Source: an uncultured virus (IMG/VR IMGVR_UViG_3300009079_000019) (Duplodnaviria > Heunggongvirae > Uroviricota > Caudoviricetes). From it: a stretch of DNA of 64,000 nt. The position numbers were made by a program, and so were the translations under genes. Where the stretch lies: the IMG/VR virus record IMGVR_UViG_3300009079_000019, positions 1-64,000 of that record; one strand, given 5' to 3'. The notes below the pieces were generated by a model that ran no database searches, was not told where the DNA came from, and saw only the letters and a program-made list of their open reading frames with translations. The first letter of the stretch is position 1. Each line of letters opens with the position of its first letter. This document shows, piece by piece, positions 10,752 to 21,745 of this stretch.

Positions 10752-11597
10752 TTATCCAATAAAATCGTAAGGTGGAAGTTCATATTCAAGTACCATTCTT
10801 TGTTTTATATCTTCCAACTCTCTTTCAGCATCTTCATAAAGTTCTCTACCATTCAGTTCAATTCCACCCGGTAATTTAACTCCTCTGAATTTAATTAGGT
10901 TCTGACCCCACTGTTTTTTCATAAGTGAAGTTAGATATTTCTTTAAAAAACTGTCATTGTAAACGTCAGTAAAAGTATTTGGATCTAAAATTCTGTAACA
11001 ATCAATTATTAGGAAAGTTCCAACTTGTTGAGATCCCCAGTCAATATCGAGATACATTCTATTCTGTCTTTTATTAAATCTTATCTGCTTATCAGTACTC
11101 AAAAGAAAATCAATATCCTCAAGGTAACTTTTTACCATCGAATATTGTAATAAATCAATTGAATTGAAATAGTATAAATCATTTAAGAATAGTTGATATT
11201 TAATGCTAAACATACCTCTAGAGATAGAACTAGCATCAAATTTAAAAACTTTTTCTATTCCAATTACAGAATCCGGAACCTGAATAAAATTGGATGTTTC
11301 ATAAAAGTTGGAAGTAATTGTTCCAAGACCTGATATATTTGTTGATGTTCCTGTTGTAGTTACTAATCCAACTCCACTTCCTTTTGATGCGGTTCCTCTA
11401 TTAATATCATCTTGAGTAAATTGATATTTCAAATACATTCTTTCTACGCCATCAAAGTGCCTCTCCTGGAAGTACTGTAGGGCATCATCTACTAAATCAT
11501 CTATTTGGTCGTCGGCAAGGTTAATCTCCAGTACAGGGGCACCTAGGCGTCTTAGGCAATAGTCTACGAGTTCTTGTCTACTTGCTGGTTTAGACAC
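10752..11597 (-). CDS. gp13: Neck protein
   Basis: YCLRRLGAPVLEIN and QWGQNLIKF..LPGG motifs; GTG start. Confidence 0.93.
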   Translation of the reverse strand: MSKPASRQELVDYCLRRLGAPVLEINLADDQIDDLVDDALQYFQERHFDGVERMYLKYQFTQDDINRGTASKGSGVGLVTTTGTSTNISGLGTITSNFYETSNFIQVPDSVIGIEKVFKFDASSISRGMFSIKYQLFLNDLYYFNSIDLLQYSMVKSYLEDIDFLLSTDKQIRFNKRQNRMYLDIDWGSQQVGTFLIIDCYRILDPNTFTDVYNDSFLKKYLTSLMKKQWGQNLIKFRGVKLPGGIELNGRELYEDAERELEDIKQRMVLEYELPPYDFIG

Positions 11598-12061
11598 TAA
11601 TAGGTTCCTCCATCTATAACACTGGACCAGGTTGGTATTCCTGAATTGTCAGTTGTAAGTATATAGTTAGTTTCTGATATTGCCGATGAAGTAGTTCCGG
11701 TAGAAACTAATCGGTCATTAGGATCAAAATATGCAACACCATAAGGTTGTCCTAACGGATAATAAATTGATTGACCTACTGTAAGGATTCCGGTAATATT
11801 TGCATTCCGAGCAGTAAATTCATCAAATAATAAATCATCTCTAACATAAAGATCGCCATTAATATATACATCATTATTAAAGGTACTTACACCTACGAAA
11901 GTAGAGATACCGGAAACGTGGAGAGAAGTTACGGAAGCAATTCCACCAATAACATTTTCGGCAGTAATAGCAGTAATGGCAGATCCGCCAGCAGCTCCAG
12001 AAATACTAGATATAACTTTAACTGCATTTTGTTGTCCTACTCTTACTTTGATGTCAGACAT
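11597..12061 (-). CDS. Hypothetical virion/fibre-like protein
   Basis: SGISTF-type repeats; ends IDGGTY. Confidence 0.65.
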   Translation of the reverse strand: MSDIKVRVGQQNAVKVISSISGAAGGSAITAITAENVIGGIASVTSLHVSGISTFVGVSTFNNDVYINGDLYVRDDLLFDEFTARNANITGILTVGQSIYYPLGQPYGVAYFDPNDRLVSTGTTSSAISETNYILTTDNSGIPTWSSVIDGGTY

Positions 12062-12405
12062 TACCTAGTTGCTCCCTCTCTTACAAGAACCATTCCCTCA
12101 ATAACTCTATTTTTTATCCCATATGGATCGATAATTAAAATATCATAAATATATCTTCCCGATTTTAAATCTACAGTTTGTCCAGATGTTAATCCTATAG
12201 ATATTTTCCCTGAGGTAGAAGGTGCGATTATACTTGTCGAAAAATTTATTGCCGAAGAACTCCCAGACCACTTTCTCATCTGGGCATCAACTTCATAATT
12301 GTTCAAATTTAATGGAGAATTGCTATCAGATCCTTCTAAAGTAAAAGTCTGACTAAAATGGGAACCAGAATTGATGACTAGATTATTTACGTATACTGCT
12401 GCCAT
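12061..12405 (-). CDS. Hypothetical virion protein
   Basis: Beta-rich ORF downstream of TATAAATA at 12429-12436. Confidence 0.7.
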   Translation of the reverse strand: MAAVYVNNLVINSGSHFSQTFTLEGSDSNSPLNLNNYEVDAQMRKWSGSSSAINFSTSIIAPSTSGKISIGLTSGQTVDLKSGRYIYDILIIDPYGIKNRVIEGMVLVREGATR

Positions 12406-12431
12406 CTATCTTTTTTAGATCTACAATTTAT

Positions 12432-12602
12432 TTATATCTTACTCATAGTTGCTAAAGTTTCTTGCTGTTTTAAATATAATTTGCAGTAAAGTTTTGAGAA
12501 ATTTTTCAATTGTTCAGAACTCAATTCATCAATAATTCTACAGTGTTTTTCATATTCGAATAACTTATTGACTGACTGCAATTTAATTTCATTTGGATCC
12601 AT
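12432..12602 (-). CDS. 56-aa helical protein, possible divergent NblA
   Basis: Hand-translated MDPNEIKLQSVNKLFEYEKHCRIIDELSSEQLKNFSKLYCKLYLKQQETLATMSKI; fills the gap exactly. Confidence 0.55.
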   Translation of the reverse strand: MDPNEIKLQSVNKLFEYEKHCRIIDELSSEQLKNFSKLYCKLYLKQQETLATMSKI

Positions 12603-12789
12603 TTAATAACTCCTTTAATAGTGATTTAATTTCATTAATATCTTGTTTAATCGTATCTAATTCTTTTTTTTGAGATTCTTTATTATTAATTATATTAAGA
12701 TATTGATTATATGCCGTAGAATCGCAATTTACAATAGCTCCACTATTTTCATCTCTATAAAGATTTGTATGCCCCTTCACCCTAATCAT
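12589..12789 (-). CDS. Small coiled-coil hypothetical protein
   Basis: ATGA overlap with the upstream gene. Confidence 0.7.
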   Translation of the reverse strand: MIRVKGHTNLYRDENSGAIVNCDSTAYNQYLNIINNKESQKKELDTIKQDINEIKSLLKELLNGSK

Positions 12790-15700
12790 CTTACGGCAAT
12801 CGTCCTAAGTTCTTTTATTCTTGGTGGATATGCCTGATTAGTTCCAGACATTACGATTTTGATTACATATCCATTAAATAATCCAAGATTATCTGCAGTA
12901 AATTCATATTCTTTAAATTGATTGTCTAAACTAGAACTTACAAAAGAATCGGGTTTTCCATTATTGAGAGAAGAATCAACTACCGAAAGTCCGGATGCCG
13001 TAGACTTAAGATTATCATAACCGGGGAATAGTTCAAATGATTGTTCAACTTCGGAAGAGTCCGGCCTAAACAGACTATACAAAACTCTAAAATCGGCAGA
13101 TTCATGACGATATGCAGATAAAATAACTTTAAGAGAAGTTGCTGGTTGCACCAAATTTACTGATCTTGAAACATACACTACTGCGTGTGGATCATCCAAT
13201 ATAGAATTAGATCTACCATCAGATGCATAATCAGAAACTGGACTGTTCAAACGATTGGAAATAAACTCAGTAAATGCAGTATCTAAGAATATTATGGGTG
13301 ATAAATTAGAATCTGTTGTACTTAAAGTTATTCCTGTAGTAAATGATTTATTTCTTGGTAAATTATTAAGATATTCAGTTTCATTTTCTTTAGAACATAC
13401 AAGTCTCATAGATTTTAACGTATTTAATGAATTCAACTGAATTGGTTCAAATCCATTATCTAAGAATGAAATCTCACTTCCACTTGCGCTTGTTCCAGAA
13501 ACAGATCTAATCACAGCCGAAACCGATGTGGAAGATCCTGGAGTAATGATGTCGTATGTTGGTACTACAGAGCTGTAAAGGATATTTTCTGTAGCCAGAA
13601 CTTTAGAACCTCCTAAAGTTGCTTCTGAGGTAAATTGCAGTTGTGGCGCATTTGCGGCATTTGCACCGATAAATCCATCAGTACTTCTATTTTCTCCATT
13701 TGCGGTTCTATCAATTTGGAGATAATATCCATCTAGTCCGATATCTAAATCATCGATGTCATGAGTTTTATTAATTCTTCTTAAAGAAACACCATTCAGT
13801 TCGTACTTGTATATTAAAGTATTGATATTATAATCAATTGGAATGGTAGAATCAATACCCCTAGTAATAGTACCTAAGAATCCACTACCAATAGACTGAT
13901 ATTTAATTATTTCATTTCCAATTTTTACATATCCAGGATTAGATCCACTTACAGAAACTCCTTCAAAAGTTCCAAAGTTTGAAGTATCTCCGATAGCAAT
14001 TGTTGTTGACGTTGAAGTTATTGGTGAAGTAATTACAACTGGTGCGGTACTAGATTCTGTATTATAAATTCTAAGTTTATTTGTATTTCCATACATTCCG
14101 TGGTCAAAATGTTCTACTCTTATGAAATTTCCAGAATATTGATCAGTTGAAGGTGCAGAATTTCTAATTGTAGTACTTGCAAGAGAAACTATTGTATTGG
14201 AATTATTATAGTAACTTAGTCCGGCACCAACTGTAAAAGTATTACCCTGAACTCCGGAAAGGTATAAAGTATCAATACTATTATTGTTTCCAGTTACTGT
14301 AATTTTTGCATCACGCCCACGCACGGAAGTTCCGGTGCCTACTGTAGAAGTTACAATACCAACAACATCCCCTACCGCATATCCATTTCCGGGATTTACA
14401 ATTATTGGGGTTCCGGAAATTGTTCCCGAAGTTGCTGTAATACTTAAAACAAGTCCAGAACCATTTCCAGTAATATTATAAGTGCTTACATTAGAATCTG
14501 TAACATAATTACTTCCTCCCGTAGTTAATCCTACTGTTGCTACCGAACTTCCTGTTCCAACTACATATCCATAGACATAAGGTTGTGATCCAGCAACCTT
14601 TCTACCTTTGGATAAATCAGAAATCAATGATGCATTGGTTATTGTAGTAATTCCAAGAGTAAGTGTTTTTGGTAATGTTGTTAGCGGATTGTTTCCTAAT
14701 CTCTGAACATATCCATTACTTTCATCTAATGTTGGATTATAGAAAAATGCAGTTCCTGGTTGATTTTCAATAAATTGTGCTTTATAAAGTTTAAATTTGA
14801 GGTCCTGATATTGATTTGCTGTCCATATAGATCCGTTTTGAGATTTGAACAGACTTCCCATCGCAAATTGCTTTGAGTAGGTTACGGCATTTACATCTGG
14901 GAGATTTTTGGTATTGACAGTTTTTTCACCCATAACTGCAGTCCACATCTCATACTGATCACTATTTTCTGAAATAATTACGACAGCATACTCTCTTCCT
15001 GGTGGTAGGTAAATTGGTTCATCAAAAGTAACCTTAGTTGCAACTGAAGCATCTGAAGAAATATTTACTTCACTTGGTCTTAATGTAACCGAATTTCCAA
15101 TAACAATCCTTGTGGGTGTTCCCAGTTCTACAGTTCTTATTTCAACCTTTACTGTAGCATTTCCACTATCTTTTTTGGCAAAGAATAAATCAACGGCAGT
15201 TAAAAAGGCACCATTAGAATCATCAGTTGCCAATCCTTCTCTAGAAGAATCTGGAGCCTCTATATTTCCACCAACAACAAAAGATTGTGCAAGAGGGTCT
15301 ACGAATCTCTGGATAGTTGTTCTAGTATGAGTGTTTATTGTTGTAACTGATTGTGTTGTATTTGTTGTTAAGTTAGTTACTGTTTTTGTCGTTAGATTTT
15401 TCGTAGTTGCCGTAACAGTATTTTCCCACTGTTCAAGAGTACCATCAGAATTAAAATTTGTTTCAGCAACTGAAGTGTCCGAACTTCCTGGAAGACCTGG
15501 ATCGTTTGTTGAACTTGAACTCAACTTAAATGTTTTAGTTCCAGTAGAAATTCTTACAGTTGGAGTTGGGACTGTATTTGGATCTCTTAAAAAGAACGTT
15601 CCAATCAAATCTCCAAAATTATCAGAAATAAGTCTTAAGTCACTTACGGTTGCCACAGATCCACTAGTCTGACCAACCAATTGCATACCTCTAAGTAAAT

Positions 15701-18700
15701 ATCCAGAATACTTTCCTTGAGCTTCTTCTGATAGTGAAACCGTATCAACATTCAAAACTTTTGATGATTGACTATATCCTGATGCTATAGATTCAGTTCT
15801 AATATATGGGTTAATTGTATAAGTAGTAGATGGTGCATTATATGGACCATATTTGTGATTTGGTGCTGCAACTCTAAATGAAATTAAATTATTACCCCCA
15901 GATGTTCCAATAACAGTTTCTCCAACTACAAACGCTTTAGATGGGTTTGATATTTCGATTAATTTTGGAATAAAATCAACTCCACTATTTCCGTCAAGGA
16001 ACTGATAAAATTGTGTAGATGGTTTGATATTAGATACAGAAAATTGAATATTTCTGGATCTCATAAATGATTCGCTAGATGAAGATATTAATACATTTCT
16101 TATTGTCGTATCAGTATTACTTACCGTATCAAAGTTTTCAGTTGTTGCAGTATTGGAAGTAGTATTTGTAGCAGTTGATGAAGTTTGAGTTTGGTCACTA
16201 CCAACAGTTGTAGTAAAATTACCTTCCCCAAAAATATCAGGAAGATTAACTGTGTCACTTGTTTGAGTATTAATTGGTGTCAGAGTAACGGAAACATTAC
16301 TTGTTAAATTATTAGTAAGAGTTCTGCTAGAGTTTAATGTTATGCTAATATTTTTATCTGGAAGTTGAATTGTTCTCACCCAGTTGTCAATTTCTGGACT
16401 TAATTTAATATCACCACTATAAACAATTACATTAAATGGATTTACATTTTCAACTGTCGTTGCAAAAGCTTGTTCTATCCATCCAATAGATTCGTACTTT
16501 AAAGTTACTGCTTTTCCTGTTTTTACTACATTTGGATCTAGTAACTTAAAATTTTCTGAAAAATCTAAATTTTCATCAGTAATTGCAGACTCTGGTGCAA
16601 TTTGCGATTTTAGTGAATTTCTACTAATAACAGGTGTTATTTCATTTGTAGATGTATTAACTCTAATGGAAGATAATCCCCTGTTAATAAAAGAATAATT
16701 TTTAAAATCATCTACAAAAAATCCACTCTTAAATCTATTATTACCATCAGCATCTTGAATCTGCAAAGTCTGAGTATTTACTTCTAGTAAAGACAGTGAA
16801 GTAACCCTCTCTAAGTTTTCTACCCTATCTTCAATTAGTCCAATATCTCTCATAGTATATCTTCTATTGTCCTTCAAGGTCACCACAGCATTTGCAGGAT
16901 TGTAAAGATATGGTGGAAGTTTTATGGTTGCAATTTCCATTACAGCATCATTTTTATCCGGTGCCTTAGGGGTATTTGAGGATATTCCTTTTTCTAGGAT
17001 GAAATTTTTATTTCTATCAAGATATAGTTTGTCAATTCTAGCTAAGTAATAATCATAACCAAGCAATGAACTTTCATTTGGTGATAAAATTCGTGTTGGA
17101 CTTAAAGTTCTTGATGCAAAATCAAATGGAGAAGAACTATCTGAGGTAAAAATAGAAACTCTTGGCCTAAAATCTAAAGTATCTGAAGATCTTACAGATC
17201 TTGGTCCAATGAAAGGGACATCATGTGTAAATCGTTCTTTATCATAACTTAATACAGTAAATACATCACCACCATCATTAGAAGGAACTGAATAATAATC
17301 AAACACAACTAAAAGTTGTTTTGATGGTTCTGTAGTTCCCTTATTCCGGACGATTCTGGAATAATCATAATATTGATCTTTTTGCCCTTTGTCAAGTCTA
17401 TATGAATTTGTAATATCTTTATACTTTCCAGGAGTTATTGCTTCAATTTCTGTGGTTATGTTTGATTCCTCAAACGTAACTGTTTCAGAATCTGTAAATC
17501 TTTCTGAATTTAAGTATACTACTCCAAGGATGTTGGTAGATGGACTTGAAACGACTCTTGCGACAGCTTTACTATTGTTTCCTATAATATTTTCACCAAT
17601 AATAGCATTAGTTGATACATTAGCACTAGCACCAAATTGTATCCTATCTAAAGTAGGTGCAGAAGAATCGAATGACTCGTAAACTGAAATAATTTTTACT
17701 ACATCTGGGTAATTTAGTGATATTTCCTCATCTTGAACTCTCAGTCCATAAAATTGATTATAAGTAAGACCGTCTCCAATTGAAGAACTAATACCAGTTC
17801 CTGATTGTGGATACTTTGATCTTGTTACATTTAAAGGTTGACTTCTATTATATGTTTTTACTTTGCTTTGTATTCCATTTTTAACTAGTGTAGTATTTAC
17901 AACAACATTTGATTGTGAAGCAGACAATCCACTAATAGTTACCGTATTTCCGCTCAAAACAAATTGATCTGAAGTTATCGTACCAATACCACCTCCACTA
18001 TAGTGTATTGAATATCTTTCCTGATCAAATGACTCAAAAAATACACTAGAAATTCCACTAATTGCTGAAGTATTGAATTCCAATACTCCACTACCATTTG
18101 TGCCTTGTCCGGTTATTTGTTCGGAAATTGTTAATGATGAATCTGAAAGATTTACTGAAGAAACATTAGGATCTGGTAATTGTGCATATAGGAACCCAGA
18201 ATTCTCATTTCTTATGACCGGAGCACCCATAAGTATGTTACTGTAAGTTCCATTTGCAACGGCACCGTCAAATACTCCAGAAACTGTGGTGATACCAGCA
18301 ATTGTTAATGATGTACCAGAAGAAGGAACTGCAGTTACCCGATTAAATGATTCATCTCCAGTTGTAGTTTGATACCTAATAATTGATCCTACTTTTACAC
18401 CAGTGAAGAATTTTCCTGGGCTTACTAAGGTGTTTCCACCACTAATTGTTCCCTGAGAAACACCATTAGGTAATCTAAATCTTTCAAGAAAACAATTTGC
18501 AGTAAAATTTGTTGAAAGTCCGGATACGGTGGTTGTTTGTTTTACTGATTTAATGTCTTCTGTGGAATATGCAGTTACTGTTCTAATAGTTCTTGGAAAA
18601 TCAATCCCATTGATAATTAACTGCTCTCCAACTGAAAATGTTCCGGAAGTTTGTCTTAAGTTAATAGTAGATGATGCTCCACCAGCAGAAACTGCAAAAC

Positions 18701-20156
18701 CACTAGCGCCGCTACTTTTTCCTTTTACGAACGATGTTGCAGGTAATTCTACACTTGTTACTGAAGTATTTAAACCGACAGTTGTGTAAGTCTGAATGTC
18801 ATAAAGATATAAATTCCAATTAGTAGCATTATTGGTATAAGAGGCATCGGTCAAACTAAAATTATATACTCTTGCGTTTCCGATAGTGGTTCCAGATCCC
18901 ACAAATTGATCCAATAAATCTATTGTAAGTTTTTGTTTTGGAGTTCCGGATACTGTATTAACTCTTAGAACATTTCCCATTTCAAAAGGAACATTTACAT
19001 TATCTACTCTTGCCGTATCTCTTGGTTTATCAATATCAATAATTGTTGTTGAAATTTTTTCTATATCATATCCCCTTACATAAGCCTTTCCTGGGGATAT
19101 TTTTAAACACATCAAGTTCTCTGATGGTGAGTTTTTTTGTTCAGTTGTTTCGGTATTGAAAAATAAACCATTATTACCTAATCTATCATTTAAAGAATTA
19201 TTTACAGATACATTAAAAGGTTCAACAGTATAATCACCAGATTCGTCATAAGTTCTTTCTGCCATATAATCTTTGATTATATTATATTGACTTTTTTGTT
19301 CAATAATTTTAATTTTTCCATTTTCAACTCTCAAAAGTTCAACAAAATCAGTATCGTTGAGGTCTGATATTAATTTCTTCGTTAGAGTTAAATCAATCTT
19401 AAATCTATCTGCTCCGGGTGCTGCATAATTTGTAAATCCCTTAGATGGGTCATACAATGAACTGTCATCTCCAGCACTGAGAATTAATTCGTCAATTTTT
19501 AGTCCAACTCTATATGAGGGCGTATTTGTATAATTATCTAAGATTATAGTTTGTTTAGATACATTAACAAAATAACCTCTAATGAAATAAACTCCATCAC
19601 CAATAGATGCAGAAGAACCTACGGATGTTGCATTCAGTGCTATTAATGATGCAAATGGAGTTCCTGCATTAATGGTAGTATTACCATAAGTTATATTTTC
19701 TTCTGCAATTAATGATTCTCCATCTTCAAACGGATTAAACTGAAAATTATTATCAGAATCCAAATATTTTACATATATTGTTAAATCTTCTACATTTTCT
19801 CCATCGGGGAGGGAAACAAATTGAATTATTGCTGTTGTTCCTGATATTTGCCCTGTTATTTTTTTACCAATAAAATTATTAATATAAAGAGAAATATCAA
19901 CTCCAAAATTAGTTGGATTAAGTTTTACAGAATTAAAATTTCCATCATAGGCAATATTTCCGGGAATAACTACCGATCCCTCTTTAAATATATGACTTCC
20001 AAAAGATTTTACCTGATCCTGCAAGATAGATTGGAGAGTTGTTAATTCCCTTGCCTGTATTGGATATCCTGGTTTAAACAAGACTTTATAAAAATTCCTT
20101 TCAGAATCAAAGTCATCATAATATGGACTGATGTTTAAATCTGTTTTCTGTGTCAT
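12786..20156 (-). CDS. Large virion/baseplate-associated protein (DUF4815/VrlC-like), 2456 aa
   Basis: PYYDDF..VLFKPG.PIQARELT N-terminus; RFKSGFFVDDF and DPLAQSF motifs. Confidence 0.85.
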   Translation of the reverse strand: MTQKTDLNISPYYDDFDSERNFYKVLFKPGYPIQARELTTLQSILQDQVKSFGSHIFKEGSVVIPGNIAYDGNFNSVKLNPTNFGVDISLYINNFIGKKITGQISGTTAIIQFVSLPDGENVEDLTIYVKYLDSDNNFQFNPFEDGESLIAEENITYGNTTINAGTPFASLIALNATSVGSSASIGDGVYFIRGYFVNVSKQTIILDNYTNTPSYRVGLKIDELILSAGDDSSLYDPSKGFTNYAAPGADRFKIDLTLTKKLISDLNDTDFVELLRVENGKIKIIEQKSQYNIIKDYMAERTYDESGDYTVEPFNVSVNNSLNDRLGNNGLFFNTETTEQKNSPSENLMCLKISPGKAYVRGYDIEKISTTIIDIDKPRDTARVDNVNVPFEMGNVLRVNTVSGTPKQKLTIDLLDQFVGSGTTIGNARVYNFSLTDASYTNNATNWNLYLYDIQTYTTVGLNTSVTSVELPATSFVKGKSSGASGFAVSAGGASSTINLRQTSGTFSVGEQLIINGIDFPRTIRTVTAYSTEDIKSVKQTTTVSGLSTNFTANCFLERFRLPNGVSQGTISGGNTLVSPGKFFTGVKVGSIIRYQTTTGDESFNRVTAVPSSGTSLTIAGITTVSGVFDGAVANGTYSNILMGAPVIRNENSGFLYAQLPDPNVSSVNLSDSSLTISEQITGQGTNGSGVLEFNTSAISGISSVFFESFDQERYSIHYSGGGIGTITSDQFVLSGNTVTISGLSASQSNVVVNTTLVKNGIQSKVKTYNRSQPLNVTRSKYPQSGTGISSSIGDGLTYNQFYGLRVQDEEISLNYPDVVKIISVYESFDSSAPTLDRIQFGASANVSTNAIIGENIIGNNSKAVARVVSSPSTNILGVVYLNSERFTDSETVTFEESNITTEIEAITPGKYKDITNSYRLDKGQKDQYYDYSRIVRNKGTTEPSKQLLVVFDYYSVPSNDGGDVFTVLSYDKERFTHDVPFIGPRSVRSSDTLDFRPRVSIFTSDSSSPFDFASRTLSPTRILSPNESSLLGYDYYLARIDKLYLDRNKNFILEKGISSNTPKAPDKNDAVMEIATIKLPPYLYNPANAVVTLKDNRRYTMRDIGLIEDRVENLERVTSLSLLEVNTQTLQIQDADGNNRFKSGFFVDDFKNYSFINRGLSSIRVNTSTNEITPVISRNSLKSQIAPESAITDENLDFSENFKLLDPNVVKTGKAVTLKYESIGWIEQAFATTVENVNPFNVIVYSGDIKLSPEIDNWVRTIQLPDKNISITLNSSRTLTNNLTSNVSVTLTPINTQTSDTVNLPDIFGEGNFTTTVGSDQTQTSSTATNTTSNTATTENFDTVSNTDTTIRNVLISSSSESFMRSRNIQFSVSNIKPSTQFYQFLDGNSGVDFIPKLIEISNPSKAFVVGETVIGTSGGNNLISFRVAAPNHKYGPYNAPSTTYTINPYIRTESIASGYSQSSKVLNVDTVSLSEEAQGKYSGYLLRGMQLVGQTSGSVATVSDLRLISDNFGDLIGTFFLRDPNTVPTPTVRISTGTKTFKLSSSSTNDPGLPGSSDTSVAETNFNSDGTLEQWENTVTATTKNLTTKTVTNLTTNTTQSVTTINTHTRTTIQRFVDPLAQSFVVGGNIEAPDSSREGLATDDSNGAFLTAVDLFFAKKDSGNATVKVEIRTVELGTPTRIVIGNSVTLRPSEVNISSDASVATKVTFDEPIYLPPGREYAVVIISENSDQYEMWTAVMGEKTVNTKNLPDVNAVTYSKQFAMGSLFKSQNGSIWTANQYQDLKFKLYKAQFIENQPGTAFFYNPTLDESNGYVQRLGNNPLTTLPKTLTLGITTITNASLISDLSKGRKVAGSQPYVYGYVVGTGSSVATVGLTTGGSNYVTDSNVSTYNITGNGSGLVLSITATSGTISGTPIIVNPGNGYAVGDVVGIVTSTVGTGTSVRGRDAKITVTGNNNSIDTLYLSGVQGNTFTVGAGLSYYNNSNTIVSLASTTIRNSAPSTDQYSGNFIRVEHFDHGMYGNTNKLRIYNTESSTAPVVITSPITSTSTTIAIGDTSNFGTFEGVSVSGSNPGYVKIGNEIIKYQSIGSGFLGTITRGIDSTIPIDYNINTLIYKYELNGVSLRRINKTHDIDDLDIGLDGYYLQIDRTANGENRSTDGFIGANAANAPQLQFTSEATLGGSKVLATENILYSSVVPTYDIITPGSSTSVSAVIRSVSGTSASGSEISFLDNGFEPIQLNSLNTLKSMRLVCSKENETEYLNNLPRNKSFTTGITLSTTDSNLSPIIFLDTAFTEFISNRLNSPVSDYASDGRSNSILDDPHAVVYVSRSVNLVQPATSLKVILSAYRHESADFRVLYSLFRPDSSEVEQSFELFPGYDNLKSTASGLSVVDSSLNNGKPDSFVSSSLDNQFKEYEFTADNLGLFNGYVIKIVMSGTNQAYPPRIKELRTIAVR

Positions 20157-20161
20157 TTTTT

Positions 20162-21721
20162 TTAGAATTCCAGGATAATTTTAATGTCTTCTTTTTGCCT
20201 AATGTCTCTTGTTACCAGGGGTCTATTATCAATATAAATTATATCTCCTGTCTTTTTATTTATCTCAGGATTTGCAAGACCTTCTGTAAAAGTTACCCCC
20301 AAGTCTATAACTTTACCTCCAACCGTAACCTTATTGGCATTAAATGACGTGTCTATAGATGCGGTAAATGTTCCATTTACACTTACAATATTTCCACCAT
20401 TAGATTGGAAGTCATATACATTAGAATCTGCACTAACTGTATTATAATCAGTTTCATCTTCATTTATACTACCGAAATATAAAGATCTATCCCTAAAATA
20501 TTTTAAAACTTTAGTTTCACTGTCATATGAAGCTACATATCCCTTTGCAATTTTTCCATCTGCTCTGGTTTGTTCAATTTCCTCTCCAATAACTGGATTT
20601 CCACTAATTGATGTAGTAATTCCTGCATATAGTGATGAATACTGATTTTCTGTAAAAACAACAGTATCCGAAGAAAATGTAGTTGGATTTTTTATAATTC
20701 CAACTTGAGCAAATTTAGTGTCCGTTGGAAAATCTTTAGTTGAATCGTCAAATCTGGCATATGCCAATACCTTATCTGTTCCCAATTCGGTATAAATGTC
20801 GTAACCATGCCCCTTTGATGGTGGAATGATTGGTATTAGTTTTGCTGGATTTTGAAGACTGTCTATAGGTTGAAGACTTCCTAAATCAACAATTCCCCAA
20901 GTATATCCATAACCACCTGCAACAACTTGAGTTTCAGTAATTTTTCCGCCACTTACTTTTATAGAAACTCTGCCGCCAACTCCATCACCAAGAATATCAA
21001 CAGTTTTTACAACTTCACTATATCCACCGCCACCAGATGCAATATATACTTTCTTAATTTGATTTGGATTTGTAGGTCCAGAATTTCCATTTTCCCTTAC
21101 ACTTACAATTTGAGAATCTGTTGATGTTTTCCAATCATTAGGAACAACAACATATTCTGTCGAATCAAACTTTATAATATCACTGGGAGAAACTGAAAAG
21201 AGATATTTCCAAATATAACCATCTCCACTTGTTCCCGCTGCTGAAGGTTCCAAATCTGTAAATGTGGGCTCATCTTGGGATTTGCCACCTTTCAAACTAG
21301 TTCCAGAAGAACCATTATCTATACAAATATAAATTCTAAAATCACTATTAATTACATAATAATTAGAATCATATAATCTACTTGAATTTGAATTTGGTGT
21401 TGGATTCTGAATGCTATAATCGTGCCTATACATCTCATATGATGTATTAGAAGTCCAAGTAACTTTTCTTATAAGTCTTCTAATATTACTAGATGTAATT
21501 TTTTTACCAAATAAAGATGTATCTCTATAGTGTGAGGAATATTTCAAATTATCTGTTGGATTTGGGGCATTGGTGTTCCAATCAGTAGTTCTTCCAAATG
21601 CATCTTGTACTGGATTGTCCAAACCCAAAAAAACATAGTAAGAATCGTTACCACCAGTTACAGAATCTATAAAATTACTTGCATTTAATATTCTAAATTG
21701 ATCCGTTACTATTGCCGCCAT
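20162..21721 (-). CDS. gp8: Baseplate wedge subunit (start corrected to MAAIVTDQF)
   Basis: YEMYRHD, DGYIWKYLF, GDIIYIDNR and EDIKIILEF motifs. Confidence 0.9.
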   Translation of the reverse strand: MAAIVTDQFRILNASNFIDSVTGGNDSYYVFLGLDNPVQDAFGRTTDWNTNAPNPTDNLKYSSHYRDTSLFGKKITSSNIRRLIRKVTWTSNTSYEMYRHDYSIQNPTPNSNSSRLYDSNYYVINSDFRIYICIDNGSSGTSLKGGKSQDEPTFTDLEPSAAGTSGDGYIWKYLFSVSPSDIIKFDSTEYVVVPNDWKTSTDSQIVSVRENGNSGPTNPNQIKKVYIASGGGGYSEVVKTVDILGDGVGGRVSIKVSGGKITETQVVAGGYGYTWGIVDLGSLQPIDSLQNPAKLIPIIPPSKGHGYDIYTELGTDKVLAYARFDDSTKDFPTDTKFAQVGIIKNPTTFSSDTVVFTENQYSSLYAGITTSISGNPVIGEEIEQTRADGKIAKGYVASYDSETKVLKYFRDRSLYFGSINEDETDYNTVSADSNVYDFQSNGGNIVSVNGTFTASIDTSFNANKVTVGGKVIDLGVTFTEGLANPEINKKTGDIIYIDNRPLVTRDIRQKEDIKIILEF

Positions 21722-21737
21722 ATTGATATTTTTTAAG

Positions 21738-21745
21738 TATTTATA
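21738..21745 (-). promoter_or_regulatory. Late promoter TATAAATA
   Basis: Contains the gp7 stop codon; lies upstream of gp8. Confidence 0.8.
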
